Of a DNA stretch of 64,000 nucleotides, positions 37,971 to 48,286 are shown piece after piece. The stretch spans positions 15,532 to 79,531 of the forward strand of contig CANJWG010000001.1 in the NCBI GenBank assembly GCA_947478365.1. Reading direction: 5' to 3'. The position numbers were made by a program, and so were the translations under genes. The notes under the pieces are model-generated. The model was not told where the DNA came from. It was given only the letters and a program-made list of their open reading frames with translations, and ran no database searches. Position 1 is the first letter of the stretch. Every line of letters starts with the position of its first letter. The DNA is from Flavobacteriaceae bacterium (GTDB lineage Bacteria; Bacteroidota; Bacteroidia; Flavobacteriales; Flavobacteriaceae).

Positions 37971-39083
37971 TTAAATCGCTTCAAACAATTTACCCGGCAG
38001 AGGTCGAATAACGCCTTTCAATTCCATGTTTAGGAGTAAAGTCGATATTCGGAAAATTGGGAAATCACATTCAAGAGCAATGATATCTAATAATTGCTTC
38101 CCATTTCGTTGAAGATAATCGTAAACTTTTTGTTCGTCAATATCAAGAGAAACAAAAAGTTGTTTTTGAATAACAGCCTTTTCATTATACGTTTGAGAAT
38201 CAATCTTCCAATTCAGAATATAAACCAAATCAGCTGCAGAAGTCATCAAATTGGCTCGTTGTGTTTTGATTAAATTATTACATCCCTGACTATATTTATC
38301 TGAAGTTCTTCCTGGTACTGCAAATACATCCCGATTATAATCATTTGCCATTATTGCTGTAATTAACGAGCCCCCTTTTTCAGCACTTTCAATTACAACA
38401 GTTGCTTCACTCATTCCAGCGACGATACGATTTCGTTTTACAAAATTTTCTTTATCCGGATTTGAATCGCTCCAAAACTCCGTTAAAAAACCGCCATATT
38501 CTTCAATTTTGGCAACATATTTCTTATGTGGTTTTGGATAAACTTGGTTTAAACCATGGGCCAAAACTCCGATAGTTTGTAGGTTATTCTCCATAGCTGC
38601 CTGATGAGCAACAATATCGACACCGTATGCAAATCCACTAACAATTATTGGATTAAAAACGGCCAAATCTTCTATAAGTTTTTTACAGAATTCTATCCCG
38701 TGAGAAGTGACTTCTCGGGTCCCAACGATACTAATTATTTTTCTATTTTCTAAGTTTAAATTTCCAGAACCAAAAAGTAAAACCGGTCCATCAATACAAT
38801 GTTTTAGTTTGTTAGGATATTCATCATTTTGGTAATGCAAAATGGTTATTTTCTCTTTTTCAATAAAACGCATTTCTTGTTCGGCTTTTTCAAAAATGGT
38901 TTTATCCCTGAGGTTTTTTATCAAAACAGCCCCTATTCCATCTATTGATCTAAGTGATTGTGTTTTGGATATAAAAACATTTTCTGCTGAACCACAATGA
39001 TTTATGAGTTTTTTGGCGACAATATCTCCAACGCCTTCCACTTTTAATAGCGCCAATGTGTTAAAAAGTTCTGTTGAATTCAC
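37971..39083 (-). CDS. dprA: DNA-processing protein DprA
   Basis: IVGTR, VSGFAYGVD, RNRIVAG, GSLITA, AVPG, C-terminal winged helix. Confidence 0.96.
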   Translation of the reverse strand: MNSTELFNTLALLKVEGVGDIVAKKLINHCGSAENVFISKTQSLRSIDGIGAVLIKNLRDKTIFEKAEQEMRFIEKEKITILHYQNDEYPNKLKHCIDGPVLLFGSGNLNLENRKIISIVGTREVTSHGIEFCKKLIEDLAVFNPIIVSGFAYGVDIVAHQAAMENNLQTIGVLAHGLNQVYPKPHKKYVAKIEEYGGFLTEFWSDSNPDKENFVKRNRIVAGMSEATVVIESAEKGGSLITAIMANDYNRDVFAVPGRTSDKYSQGCNNLIKTQRANLMTSAADLVYILNWKIDSQTYNEKAVIQKQLFVSLDIDEQKVYDYLQRNGKQLLDIIALECDFPIFRISTLLLNMELKGVIRPLPGKLFEAI

Positions 39084-39184
39084 GTGCTTATTTTACTACA
39101 AAAATAATTATTTTTTCTTCGGATTGTTAATAAATTTTGTGAATAATTTTTTGAAAGTGTTATTGTTTATTTAAATTTGTCAAT

Positions 39185-40123
39185 ATGAAGATTGAACATT
39201 ACATTTCCCAATTATTATATCGTTATCAATGTGTTACCGTGCCAGGATTTGGTGCATTTCTAACTGAATTTCAGTCGGCACAATTGGACGAAAACTCACA
39301 TTCGTTTTATCCTCCAAAAAAGATGATTTCTTTCAATCCATTTATTAAAAACAATGATGGGTTGTTGGCTAATCATTTGGCACAAGCTGAAAAAATATCC
39401 TATGAGATAGCGGTAAATATTATTCAGAATGAAGTATCGCATTGGAAAACTAAAATTCAGGAATTTGGAAATTTCTCGGTTAAAAATATTGGTGATTTCT
39501 CGTTAAATTCCGAAAAAAACATTGTTTTTGTTCCTATTGATCAAATCAATTATCTAACTGCATCATTTGGGTTGAGTTCTTTTGTTTCGCCTTCTGTAAA
39601 AAGAGAAGTTTATAAAGAAGAAGTGCAACAATTGGAAGAAAAGACGCCAATTATTTTTACGCCAGAGAAAAAAAGAAACTATTCACTTTTAAAATACGCT
39701 GCAGTTTTCTTGTTATCCGCGGGAATTACAGGTACTGTTGGTTACAAATATTACGAAAACAAAATTGCGCAAGAAACACTTATAGTTGAAACCAATGTTC
39801 AAAAAAAGGTAAATCAAAAAATTCAAGAAGCTACTTTTTATATTTCAAATCCTTTACCTTCCGTTACACTTTCGGTTCCTGAAGAAAAACTGCCTTATTG
39901 TGTGGTTGCTGGTGCATTTAGGATAGAAAGTAATGCAGAAGAACAATATCAAAGACTGCTTACATTAGGGTTTAAAAAAGCCAAAAGATTAGCGCCAAAT
40001 AAGCATGGACTATTTCCTGTGCTTTACGGTAGTTATCCTACCTACTCTGAAGCCCATGAAGCACTAAAGAATATTCAAAGATTAGACAACAAAGACGCTT
40101 GGCTTTTGGTTGATGAATTATAA
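39185..40123 (+). CDS. HU-like N-terminal domain plus SPOR domain membrane protein
   Basis: CVTVPGFGAF, NNDGLLA N-terminus; TM; VVAGAFR..NA..AWLL SPOR-like C-terminus. Confidence 0.85.
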   Translation: MKIEHYISQLLYRYQCVTVPGFGAFLTEFQSAQLDENSHSFYPPKKMISFNPFIKNNDGLLANHLAQAEKISYEIAVNIIQNEVSHWKTKIQEFGNFSVKNIGDFSLNSEKNIVFVPIDQINYLTASFGLSSFVSPSVKREVYKEEVQQLEEKTPIIFTPEKKRNYSLLKYAAVFLLSAGITGTVGYKYYENKIAQETLIVETNVQKKVNQKIQEATFYISNPLPSVTLSVPEEKLPYCVVAGAFRIESNAEEQYQRLLTLGFKKAKRLAPNKHGLFPVLYGSYPTYSEAHEALKNIQRLDNKDAWLLVDEL

Positions 40124-40194
40124 AAAATCCCGTCTCGTTTTTTTGTTAACATGACGAGGTTTTTGATTTCAGTAATTACCTTTGCAAAAAAAAT

Positions 40195-40704
40195 ATGAAT
40201 CCAAAACATCCTTCTGAATCCTTAACTATTTTAACTGATGTAGTTTTACCAGGCGAAACCAATCCTTTAAATAATCTTTTTGGAGGAGAATTATTAGCCC
40301 GAATGGACAGAGCTGCTAGTATTGCTGCTAGAAGACATTCACGAAGAATTACCGTTACAGCCTCTGTAAATCACGTCGCCTTTAATAGAGCCATTCCTTT
40401 AGGAAGTGTGGTAACTGTCGAGGCTAAAGTTTCTCGTGCTTTTAACTCATCAATGGAAATCTTTTTGGATGTTTGGATTGAAGATAGGGAATCTGGAATC
40501 AAAACTAAAGCTAACGAAGCTATTTATACTTTTGTCGCTGTAGATGAAACTGGAAATCCTGTTGGTGTTCCTCCAATTATTCCCGAAACAGAACTAGAAA
40601 AAGAACGCTATAATGCTGCTTTGCGCAGAAAGCAATTAAGTTTAGTCTTGGCTGGAAAAATGAATCCACACGATGCTACCGAATTAAAAGCATTGTTTTT
40701 ATAA
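40195..40704 (+). CDS. Acyl-CoA thioesterase (hotdog fold)
   Basis: VLPGETN..NNLFGG, VTASV, FVAVD. Confidence 0.92.
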   Translation: MNPKHPSESLTILTDVVLPGETNPLNNLFGGELLARMDRAASIAARRHSRRITVTASVNHVAFNRAIPLGSVVTVEAKVSRAFNSSMEIFLDVWIEDRESGIKTKANEAIYTFVAVDETGNPVGVPPIIPETELEKERYNAALRRKQLSLVLAGKMNPHDATELKALFL

Positions 40705-40716
40705 TAAATTTTATTC

Positions 40717-40746
40717 TGTCATCCCCGCCTACGCGCGAAAGACAAA
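40717..40746. repeat. Degenerate GTCAT-type REP hairpin between convergent genes
   Basis: TGTCATCCCCGCCTACGCGCGAAAGACAAA. Confidence 0.5.
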
Positions 40747-40771
40747 CCCAGATGCCGCGGTTTTAATTGAT

Positions 40772-42034
40772 TTACATGTTAAACAACCAACTGGCTGGAT
40801 TATTATAAGTCGTATTTTGAAGAATTAAGAATTTCAAAATCGTTTTGCCTGTGTCACCATTAGTTCTGATTTTACCTAAAGTTTGCTTAATAGAAACTTT
40901 GTCGCCAACGCTAACATTTACATTACTTAGGTTTTGATATACGGTGAAATAATCTCCATGCTGAATAAAAATAGCAATATTCAAAGGTGATAATTTAATT
41001 ACTTTAGTTACTTCTCCTCCAAAAACTGCTCTTGCTGAAGCTCCGTTTTCTGTAGTAATCTCAACGCCACTGTTGTGAACCGTAAGTGTTTTGTATACCG
41101 GATGCGGTTGATCACCATAAGGTAAAGAAACGGCTCCTTTTTCAACAGGCCAAGGTAATTTGCCTTTATTAGCTCTGAAATTATTCGCGACCAATTGCCC
41201 TTCGGATGTTAATACAATTTTTGCCGAAGATTCTAACGCTTTTGTAGATTCGGCTGTAGTTGTTTTTGGATTGGCTTTTGCTTTAGCCGCCGCTGTTTTC
41301 TTATTGGCCGCAGCAATCGTTTCTCGAATTAATTTTTGAATTTGAGCATCAATTTTTTTAGTTTCTTGTTGTTTCTTTTTAATCTCTGCAACAATTTTCC
41401 CTTTTTCCTTTTGAATCTGACTGGCTATTTTTTCCTGCTCTTTTTTTTCTTTAACTAATTCTTTTTTTTCATTTTCGTTTTCAGTAATTAGCTTTTCCTT
41501 TTCTGTTTTCTGTTCAACAATTTTATTAGTAAACCCAACCAATTGCTTTGTTTTTCCTTCTATTTCCTGCCCTTGCATTTTTCTATAGCTTGCATATTGT
41601 TTCATATACTGCGCACGTTTATAAGCCTGCAAAAAGTTTTCTGAAGACAATAAAAACATAGCTCTACTTTGTTCAGACCGGCTCTTATATGACTTTAAAA
41701 TCATCGCAGCATAATCTTTTCTAAGTTGTTCTAAATCTCGATTGAGCTGGTTAATTTTTACTTGATTAACATAAATATCATTCCCTAAAAGTTTGGTTTG
41801 TTTCTCAGTTGTTTTAATCAATTTTTCTTTCAAACCAATCTTTTCTTTTTGGAGTTGCAACTGAGTAACCACCGATTTTTCTTTACTCTTTACAGATTGT
41901 AATAATTGTTCTTTTTCCTGAATCTCTAATTGAATTTTCGCTTTACGCTCTTCGAGTTCTTCTTGCGTTGGCGGCTGGCTCCACATTTGAATCGTGAAAC
42001 AGAAGAATAATAATACGAGAAATGATTTTGGCAT
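40772..42034 (-). CDS. envC: Murein hydrolase activator EnvC family (coiled coil plus M23)
   Basis: Signal peptide, long coiled coil, GKLPWPV, degenerate LytM (IQHGDYFTVYQNL). Confidence 0.88.
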   Translation of the reverse strand: MPKSFLVLLFFCFTIQMWSQPPTQEELEERKAKIQLEIQEKEQLLQSVKSKEKSVVTQLQLQKEKIGLKEKLIKTTEKQTKLLGNDIYVNQVKINQLNRDLEQLRKDYAAMILKSYKSRSEQSRAMFLLSSENFLQAYKRAQYMKQYASYRKMQGQEIEGKTKQLVGFTNKIVEQKTEKEKLITENENEKKELVKEKKEQEKIASQIQKEKGKIVAEIKKKQQETKKIDAQIQKLIRETIAAANKKTAAAKAKANPKTTTAESTKALESSAKIVLTSEGQLVANNFRANKGKLPWPVEKGAVSLPYGDQPHPVYKTLTVHNSGVEITTENGASARAVFGGEVTKVIKLSPLNIAIFIQHGDYFTVYQNLSNVNVSVGDKVSIKQTLGKIRTNGDTGKTILKFLILQNTTYNNPASWLFNM

Positions 42035-42055
42035 CGTTATTATATTTTGGCTAAT

Positions 42056-42841
42056 CTAATTTATAAAAATTCTATCATATCCGTCAGGAACACTGTAAGG
42101 AAAAGATAACTCTTCGTCGAACGTTATCGAATTATAATCAACCATGATGGTTGTCTTTCCTTTCTTTTGAAATGCGTTTATAGTCAAACTCCCTGGTAAA
42201 ATCCCTGAAGCAAATTCTAGAAAATTAGGGTAATTCACTTCAAAACTTCTTTCTTTTTCTGGTTGAGTAATTTCTTGTTTTTTTAATAAAAAATGATCTG
42301 CTTCAAAGAAAAAAGATTTTTCAGTTTTGTCTGCATCAGCATTCAATTTATATAATCTATCTATTTCTGTAAATGAATAATTCCCTTTTGTCAAATCGTC
42401 AATTGGTTGTCCAATCAACATATTTTGTATTTTATTAAAATCTAAATCAGTTCCCAACCATTGACTCAACACTTCATAATTCCCCTCAAAATAGGTCCCG
42501 TTTATCTTTTCATAATACTTTACTTCGTTTGGCGTTATCAAAGCTTTTGCCATTGTTATCCCTAATACGCGGATGCTTACTAAAATCTTTTCATCCTTCA
42601 TTAGTTTAACTTCTGTCGAAACACTTTGAGAATCATCTTCGTGTTTGTATTTGGCGCTAGCTCTAATGTATAATGTCGAAAAATTACTTTTATTATTGTA
42701 ATGATTTTGAATTATTTTTTTAGAAGTCAAAACATTCTCCTCTTTTACAGCCGCTGTTGGCGTTTTTGAATCAACAAATACCGCTTTAGATTTGCATGAA
42801 CTTAAAAAAATAATCGCCAGAATAAACAATCCTTTTTTCAT
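42056..42841 (-). CDS. DUF4292-like lipoprotein
   Basis: Lipobox LSSC; conserved position between TPR protein and envC. Confidence 0.75.
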   Translation of the reverse strand: MKKGLFILAIIFLSSCKSKAVFVDSKTPTAAVKEENVLTSKKIIQNHYNNKSNFSTLYIRASAKYKHEDDSQSVSTEVKLMKDEKILVSIRVLGITMAKALITPNEVKYYEKINGTYFEGNYEVLSQWLGTDLDFNKIQNMLIGQPIDDLTKGNYSFTEIDRLYKLNADADKTEKSFFFEADHFLLKKQEITQPEKERSFEVNYPNFLEFASGILPGSLTINAFQKKGKTTIMVDYNSITFDEELSFPYSVPDGYDRIFIN

Positions 42842-44193
42842 TATTTTTTTTGTTTTTTTATAAGTTCATCCGCTTTCGCAAAATACTTTTCTTTCTTATT
42901 TACATCTCCCAAACCACTATAAGCTTCCCCTAATTGAATATTGAAATTGATTTCCAAAGGTTCATCATCTAGAACAAAATCTATACCGGATTCTAAAATC
43001 GTTGCTGCTTTTTTAAAACTTTTCAACTGATTATTAGCCAGACCTGCATAATAATAAAACTGTGGTTGTGTTGGGAAAAGTTGAGTCAAGTCATCTGATT
43101 TTATAGCTAAATCACCAAATTGCTGATTTTCTGCATATGCTTCTAGCAATAATAATTGCGTTTCTACATCTTCTTCTGCATTTTTTAAATGCATCTTAAA
43201 GTACTTAATAGCTTTAATCCATTCAGCCTTAGCATAATAAAATTTTCCTATCTCTTTGGCTACCTCAACATCTTTATCATTATCAAAATAAGAAATGGCT
43301 TTGTCTAAATCGGATTCATATTTTGGATTATTTTTGGTAAAAATTAAAAACTCATTGAGCATTCTGTGTTTAATTTTTGAATCTATTTTTTTACTTGGAA
43401 ATACAAGATTCATAGCTTTCGCCGCATTATCTCCATCATTATTATTTAAATGAAACTTGAACAAACTTACTTGCGCCCAATCGGAGGTTGGAATTTCCTT
43501 TTCTAATTTACGTGCTATTTCTAAAGCTTTTTCTTCTTGATTACTTTGCGAATACATATAAATTAATGAAATATAATTTGATTCGTCTTTTGGAAATTTT
43601 TTAATCTGCTCTAATAAATTGAACTTTTCAGCCGATTGATATTTAGCATCTTTTAAAATATCTGCTTTGTATAATTCGCGTTTATCAGATTTCCCAAACT
43701 TTGCATTTAATTCATTAATGAGTTCCAAAGCTTTGTCATATTGTTGTGTATTCATGTACAACGAAGTCAAATCTTCTTTATACCCTTCTTTAAACTCTAC
43801 GAGTTTCTCAACTATGACGATTGCCTGATTATAATCGCGCGTATCATAACAAACGTCATACATTCCAACCCAGGCCCAACGGTTTTTCGGATCCATTTTA
43901 GCTGCTTTCTCAAAATTATCATACGCCTCTTTATACTTTTTTTGAGCTAGATAATTTTTGCCTAATTCGAAATAAACTATCGGATTTTCAGGCTCAATTG
44001 CTTTCCCTTTTTCCAAAGCTTCAATTGCCTTATCGTAGTTTTCGATGCTTTTTTGTTTTATTGCTTCGTAGAAAAAATCTTCAAATCCATCGTCTATCGC
44101 AACCACATCATTTGGTTCATTTTGAGCCAATAAAATATTGGGAACTAAAAGAGTCCCGAAGAGTAACAGACAATAAATTGTGATTTTCTTCAT
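42841..44193 (-). CDS. Tetratricopeptide repeat protein (exported)
   Basis: Signal peptide and repeated TPR helices (YFELGKNY..AYDNFEKA). Confidence 0.88.
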   Translation of the reverse strand: MKKITIYCLLLFGTLLVPNILLAQNEPNDVVAIDDGFEDFFYEAIKQKSIENYDKAIEALEKGKAIEPENPIVYFELGKNYLAQKKYKEAYDNFEKAAKMDPKNRWAWVGMYDVCYDTRDYNQAIVIVEKLVEFKEGYKEDLTSLYMNTQQYDKALELINELNAKFGKSDKRELYKADILKDAKYQSAEKFNLLEQIKKFPKDESNYISLIYMYSQSNQEEKALEIARKLEKEIPTSDWAQVSLFKFHLNNNDGDNAAKAMNLVFPSKKIDSKIKHRMLNEFLIFTKNNPKYESDLDKAISYFDNDKDVEVAKEIGKFYYAKAEWIKAIKYFKMHLKNAEEDVETQLLLLEAYAENQQFGDLAIKSDDLTQLFPTQPQFYYYAGLANNQLKSFKKAATILESGIDFVLDDEPLEINFNIQLGEAYSGLGDVNKKEKYFAKADELIKKQKK

Positions 44194-44197
44194 TCTT

Positions 44198-45208
44198 TTA
44201 TTCTAAAACCGAGTAATCTCCGATACTAATACTTGCGAAATTTCCATCAAAACTAACATGGTTTCCTATCATCGCATTATCTAATTGAGCATTTTTTATA
44301 TGAGAATGATTTTGAACCAAACTGTTTTTTATCTCCGAATTTTGAACGTGGCAGCCATCGCCCAAAGAAACATTTGGCCCAACAGTGGTATCTATTAAAA
44401 CTACATCTTTACCAATATAGCATGGCGGAATGATATTAGAATTTTCCAATTTCACATTGTAATCTATTAAATGTTCTCCGTCATTGTGCAAAAATCGGAG
44501 CATTCTTGAATTGGTCTCCACCGTCACGTCTTTGTTACCACAATCCATCCATTCATCGACTTTCCCTGGGACAAATTTCATGCCTTTTGCCATCATTTGT
44601 TTAATCCCGTCATTAATTTGGTATTCTCCACCGTGAATTATATTGTTGTCTAAAACAGATTGTAATTCATTTTTTAAAACGGCAACATCTTTGAAATAGT
44701 ATATTCCAATTACGGCCAAATCTGAAACAAATTCTCTAGGTTTTTCAACCAACTCTACAATTTCATTGTTATCATTTAAATTAATTACACCAAAAGCTTC
44801 TGGATGATCCACTTGTTTTACCCAGATAACGCTATCGGCAGTTTTATCTAAATCAAAATCGGCACGAATCAAAGTATCGGCATACGCAATAACCGCAGGG
44901 CCACTTAGAGAATCTTTGGCGCACATTATTGCATGACCCGTTCCAAGCGCTTCATTTTGATAGTAAATTGTTCCTTTCGCGCCTAATTTTTGAGCAATAG
45001 CAATCAAATCTTCTTCTACTTTTTTGCCAAAACTTTCATGAATGATAAAAGCCACTTCGTCAATGTCCTGATTTAAAACACCTGCTATATCTTCTACCAA
45101 TCTATGAACGATCGGTTTTCCAGCAATCGGAATTAATGGTTTTGGAATGGTTAATGTATGTGGTCTTAATCTGGAACCACGACCTGCCATGGGAACGATA
45201 ATCTTCAT
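44198..45208 (-). CDS. Sugar-phosphate nucleotidyltransferase
   Basis: MAGRGSRLRP..PKPL, LVEKP, WMDCG, hexapeptide-like C-terminus. Confidence 0.92.
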   Translation of the reverse strand: MKIIVPMAGRGSRLRPHTLTIPKPLIPIAGKPIVHRLVEDIAGVLNQDIDEVAFIIHESFGKKVEEDLIAIAQKLGAKGTIYYQNEALGTGHAIMCAKDSLSGPAVIAYADTLIRADFDLDKTADSVIWVKQVDHPEAFGVINLNDNNEIVELVEKPREFVSDLAVIGIYYFKDVAVLKNELQSVLDNNIIHGGEYQINDGIKQMMAKGMKFVPGKVDEWMDCGNKDVTVETNSRMLRFLHNDGEHLIDYNVKLENSNIIPPCYIGKDVVLIDTTVGPNVSLGDGCHVQNSEIKNSLVQNHSHIKNAQLDNAMIGNHVSFDGNFASISIGDYSVLE

Positions 45209-45210
45209 TT

Positions 45211-45328
45211 TTTTGTCATTGTGAGGAGCGAAACAATCTCATCCTCTTATTAATTAATTTTTTTAAAGCACTTCGACTGCGCTCAGTGTGACATAGTGCT
45301 GTTTACTGTAAACTGAGACTGAAAACTA
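45211..45328. repeat. Composite intergenic repeat cluster (three families)
   Basis: TTTGTCATTGTGAGGAGCGAAACAATCTC; GCACTTCGACTGCGCTCAGTGTGACA (45268-45293); ACTGTAAACTGAGACTGAAAACTA. Confidence 0.75.
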
Positions 45329-45760
45329 CTTCACTCCTGTACTCCCAAATCCGCCTTCGCCACGTGATGTTTCCGAAAGCTCTTGTACTACATTCCATTC
45401 GGCTCTTTCATGTTTGGCGATGATTAATTGTGCTATTCTTTCGCCGTTTTCTACAACAAAATTTTCATTGGATAAATTTACTAAAATCACCCCAATTTCT
45501 CCGCGATAATCCGCATCAACTGTACCAGGAGAATTAAGAACGGTGATTCCTTTTTTTGCCGCCAATCCGCTTCTTGGGCGAACCTGTGCTTCATAACCAA
45601 TTGGCAATTCAATAAATAGTCCAGTTTTTACTATTGCTCTTTCTAAAGGCTTTAACTCAATTGGTTCAATTAGATTTGCTCTTAAATCCATTCCAGCCGA
45701 AGCAATGGTTTCATAATTTGGCAAATCGTGTTGTGATTTGTTGATGATTTTTATGGTCAT
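45326..45760 (-). CDS. dut: dUTP diphosphatase
   Basis: [33 protein letters not shown]. Confidence 0.98.
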   Translation of the reverse strand: MTIKIINKSQHDLPNYETIASAGMDLRANLIEPIELKPLERAIVKTGLFIELPIGYEAQVRPRSGLAAKKGITVLNSPGTVDADYRGEIGVILVNLSNENFVVENGERIAQLIIAKHERAEWNVVQELSETSRGEGGFGSTGVK

Positions 45761-45761
45761 T

Positions 45762-47228
45762 TTATTTTGCTTTTCTTTTTACGATTCGAAGTAATGTTTC
45801 CTTTTCACTATAATAAATGAAATATAAATACAGGGCTAACAAAACTATTTTTACAAGATAATTCTCTCTCAAATAAGGAATATAGAATGAGATTGCGGAG
45901 AATAAAATAGTCAATCCCAAATAACTGAAAATTCTATTGAAATCATAAGGAATCGGATAGTGATTTTGGCCCCATTTGTAGGATATAATCATCATACTTC
46001 CGTAAGCTGCAATGGTGGCAATTGCTGAACCATAATAACTCATTGACGGAATTAAAAGCCAATTCAGAATCAGCGTTATGGCAGCGCCAATTAATGAAAT
46101 ATAAGCGCCAATACTGGTCTTATCTATCAGTTTGTACCAAACCGAAAGATTGGCGTAAATTCCAAGAAAGAAATTCGCTAAAACGATCAGCGGCACCACT
46201 TTCATCGCATCCCAATAAGCATTATTTGGCACTAAAACTCTTTTTAATAAATCGGCAAAAACAATTACAAACAAACAAATAAAAGAACCGAAAATCACAA
46301 AGTATTTGGTAATCGTAGCATAAGTCTGCTGCGCGTTTTCATTGCTGGCATGACTAAAGAAAAACGGTTCGATACCTAAAGTATAGGCTGTTCGGAATAG
46401 CACCATAAACATTCCAATTTTATAACAAGCTGAATACGCCCCTATTTCAGACATAGGAACGTGCATCCAGTCTAAAAGAATTTTATCAAAATGTTCATTG
46501 ATGGCAAAGGCTATTCCTGCGAATAAGATTGGAAGTCCATAAGTCATCATTTTTTTCCAAAGTGCTTTATCAAAACTCCAGGAAATGCTAGTATAATTTG
46601 GAATTAAAACAAGTACGGTAAATAAACTTGCTGTTAAATTGGAAACAAAAATGTATCCTATTTGAAAGTTTTCGACATAAATAGCGCTTAAAATACGATT
46701 TGAATTATTGATTCCCAATTTTGGTAACAAAGCCAAAAAGAAAACATTTAACAATAGGTTTATGGAAACGTTGGCTATTTTTATGGTTGCATATTTTATC
46801 GGTTTTTTCTCGGCACGCAGCTTAGAAAATGGTATGATTGCTAAAGCATCAAGGGTTAAAATCCAGATGGTGTATGTGATATATTCTACCTTAATATCAG
46901 ACCAACTGGCTAAGGTATACCGGAATAATAATCCTAACACCAAGAATCCTAGGGACGACAAAAAAAGTGAAACTATAGAGGTGGAAACTACATTCTTCTT
47001 ATTGTCTTCCGAATTGTAAAACCTAAAAAATGAGGTTTCCATTCCGTAGGAAATGACCACATTAAAGAAAACCAAATAAGCAAAAATCACAGACACTTCG
47101 CCCATTTTGCTTTTGTCGGGCAAATAGTAAACAAACAAAGGATTCAAGATAAAGCTGATTATCCTGGGAAAAACGGTAGCTAATCCGTAAATTAAAGTTT
47201 GTTTGAAGAGATTTTTATAAAGGCTCAA
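45762..47228 (-). CDS. Oligosaccharide flippase / polysaccharide biosynthesis (MOP superfamily) protein
   Basis: Many TM helices, [10 protein letters not shown]; TTG start at 47228 downstream of -7 TATTTTTG (47253-47260). Confidence 0.85.
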   Translation of the reverse strand: MSLYKNLFKQTLIYGLATVFPRIISFILNPLFVYYLPDKSKMGEVSVIFAYLVFFNVVISYGMETSFFRFYNSEDNKKNVVSTSIVSLFLSSLGFLVLGLLFRYTLASWSDIKVEYITYTIWILTLDALAIIPFSKLRAEKKPIKYATIKIANVSINLLLNVFFLALLPKLGINNSNRILSAIYVENFQIGYIFVSNLTASLFTVLVLIPNYTSISWSFDKALWKKMMTYGLPILFAGIAFAINEHFDKILLDWMHVPMSEIGAYSACYKIGMFMVLFRTAYTLGIEPFFFSHASNENAQQTYATITKYFVIFGSFICLFVIVFADLLKRVLVPNNAYWDAMKVVPLIVLANFFLGIYANLSVWYKLIDKTSIGAYISLIGAAITLILNWLLIPSMSYYGSAIATIAAYGSMMIISYKWGQNHYPIPYDFNRIFSYLGLTILFSAISFYIPYLRENYLVKIVLLALYLYFIYYSEKETLLRIVKRKAK

Positions 47229-47277
47229 TGAGAGTTTATTTAAGGTATTGAACAAAAATAACTATTAAATTCATTCC

Positions 47278-47310
47278 AAAAAAAAAGAGCGAACAAATGT
47301 TCACTCTTTC
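47278..47310 (-). terminator. Intrinsic terminator of the atp operon
   Basis: AAAAAAAAGAGCGAACA..TGTTCACTCTTT; T-run on minus strand. Confidence 0.75.
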
Positions 47311-47328
47311 TTATCATTTTATTTCTTA

Positions 47329-48189
47329 TTATCCTTTCAATGCCTCGGCTCCACCAACAATTTCTAAAATCTCGTTAGTTATAGCAGCTTGACGTGCTTT
47401 GTTGTAGGTTAATTTTAATTGGTTTCTTAATTCGGTTGCGTTGTCGGTTGCTTTGTGCATTGCTGTCATACGCGCTCCGTGTTCAGAAGCAAAAGAATCT
47501 CTAATTGCTTTGTATAATTGAGTTTTTAATGATTTTGGAATCAATGTCAATACAATTTCTTCTTTTGAAGGTTCAAAAATATAATCGCCTGTCGAAGCTG
47601 GAACATCTGATGCAATTGGTGCTAACGGTAAAAATTGTTCTGTTTGAACGATTTGAGTAGCGGCATTTTTAAATTGGTTATATACCAATTCAATTTTGTC
47701 ATACTCACCTGTAACAAATTTTTCAGTTAATGCTTCAGCTATTTCAGCAACTCTTTCAAAAGTAAGTTCGTCAAATATTTCGCTTTTATTATCAATAACG
47801 GTATTTGTCTTTCTTAAAATATCGTTTCCTTTTTTACCAATCGCATAAATATCAACCTGCTTTCCAACATAACTATCTGCAATTTCTTTGGCTTGCTTAA
47901 TAACGTTGGTGTTAAAAGCGCCTGCCAAACCTCTATTAGAGGTTATAACAACGATTAAAACTTTGTTTATTTCGCGTTGCGATGTAAATTCTCCGCCAGC
48001 ATCTCCCTCTAAAGTAGCGCTTACATTTTGCAAAAGTTCGGTTAGTTTTTCGGCATAAGGTCGCATGGCTGTAATAGCATCTTGAGCTTTTTTCAGCTTT
48101 GCAGCAGAAACCATTTTCATCGCCGACGTTATTTGCATCGTAGATGAAACTGAACTAATCCGATTACGTATTTCCTTTAAATTTGCCAT
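47329..48189 (-). CDS. atpG: ATP synthase F1 gamma subunit
   Basis: QITSAMKMVSAAK, RMTAM..ATDNA, RQAAITNEI. Confidence 0.98.
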   Translation of the reverse strand: MANLKEIRNRISSVSSTMQITSAMKMVSAAKLKKAQDAITAMRPYAEKLTELLQNVSATLEGDAGGEFTSQREINKVLIVVITSNRGLAGAFNTNVIKQAKEIADSYVGKQVDIYAIGKKGNDILRKTNTVIDNKSEIFDELTFERVAEIAEALTEKFVTGEYDKIELVYNQFKNAATQIVQTEQFLPLAPIASDVPASTGDYIFEPSKEEIVLTLIPKSLKTQLYKAIRDSFASEHGARMTAMHKATDNATELRNQLKLTYNKARQAAITNEILEIVGGAEALKG

Positions 48190-48197
48190 TATATTTT

Positions 48198-48282
48198 AGT
48201 CTAACGTCATTAAGTCATTAAGTCGAAAGAATTTAAAAGTCGAACTTTTGACTTTAGAACTTTTGACTTTAAGACTTTTGAC
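48198..48282. repeat. Inverted 7-8-mer array (AAGTC..GACTT) inside the atp operon
   Basis: agtctaa cgtcatt aagtcat taagtcg..acttttg actttaga acttttg actttaag acttttgac. Confidence 0.75.
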
Positions 48283-48286
48283 ATAA

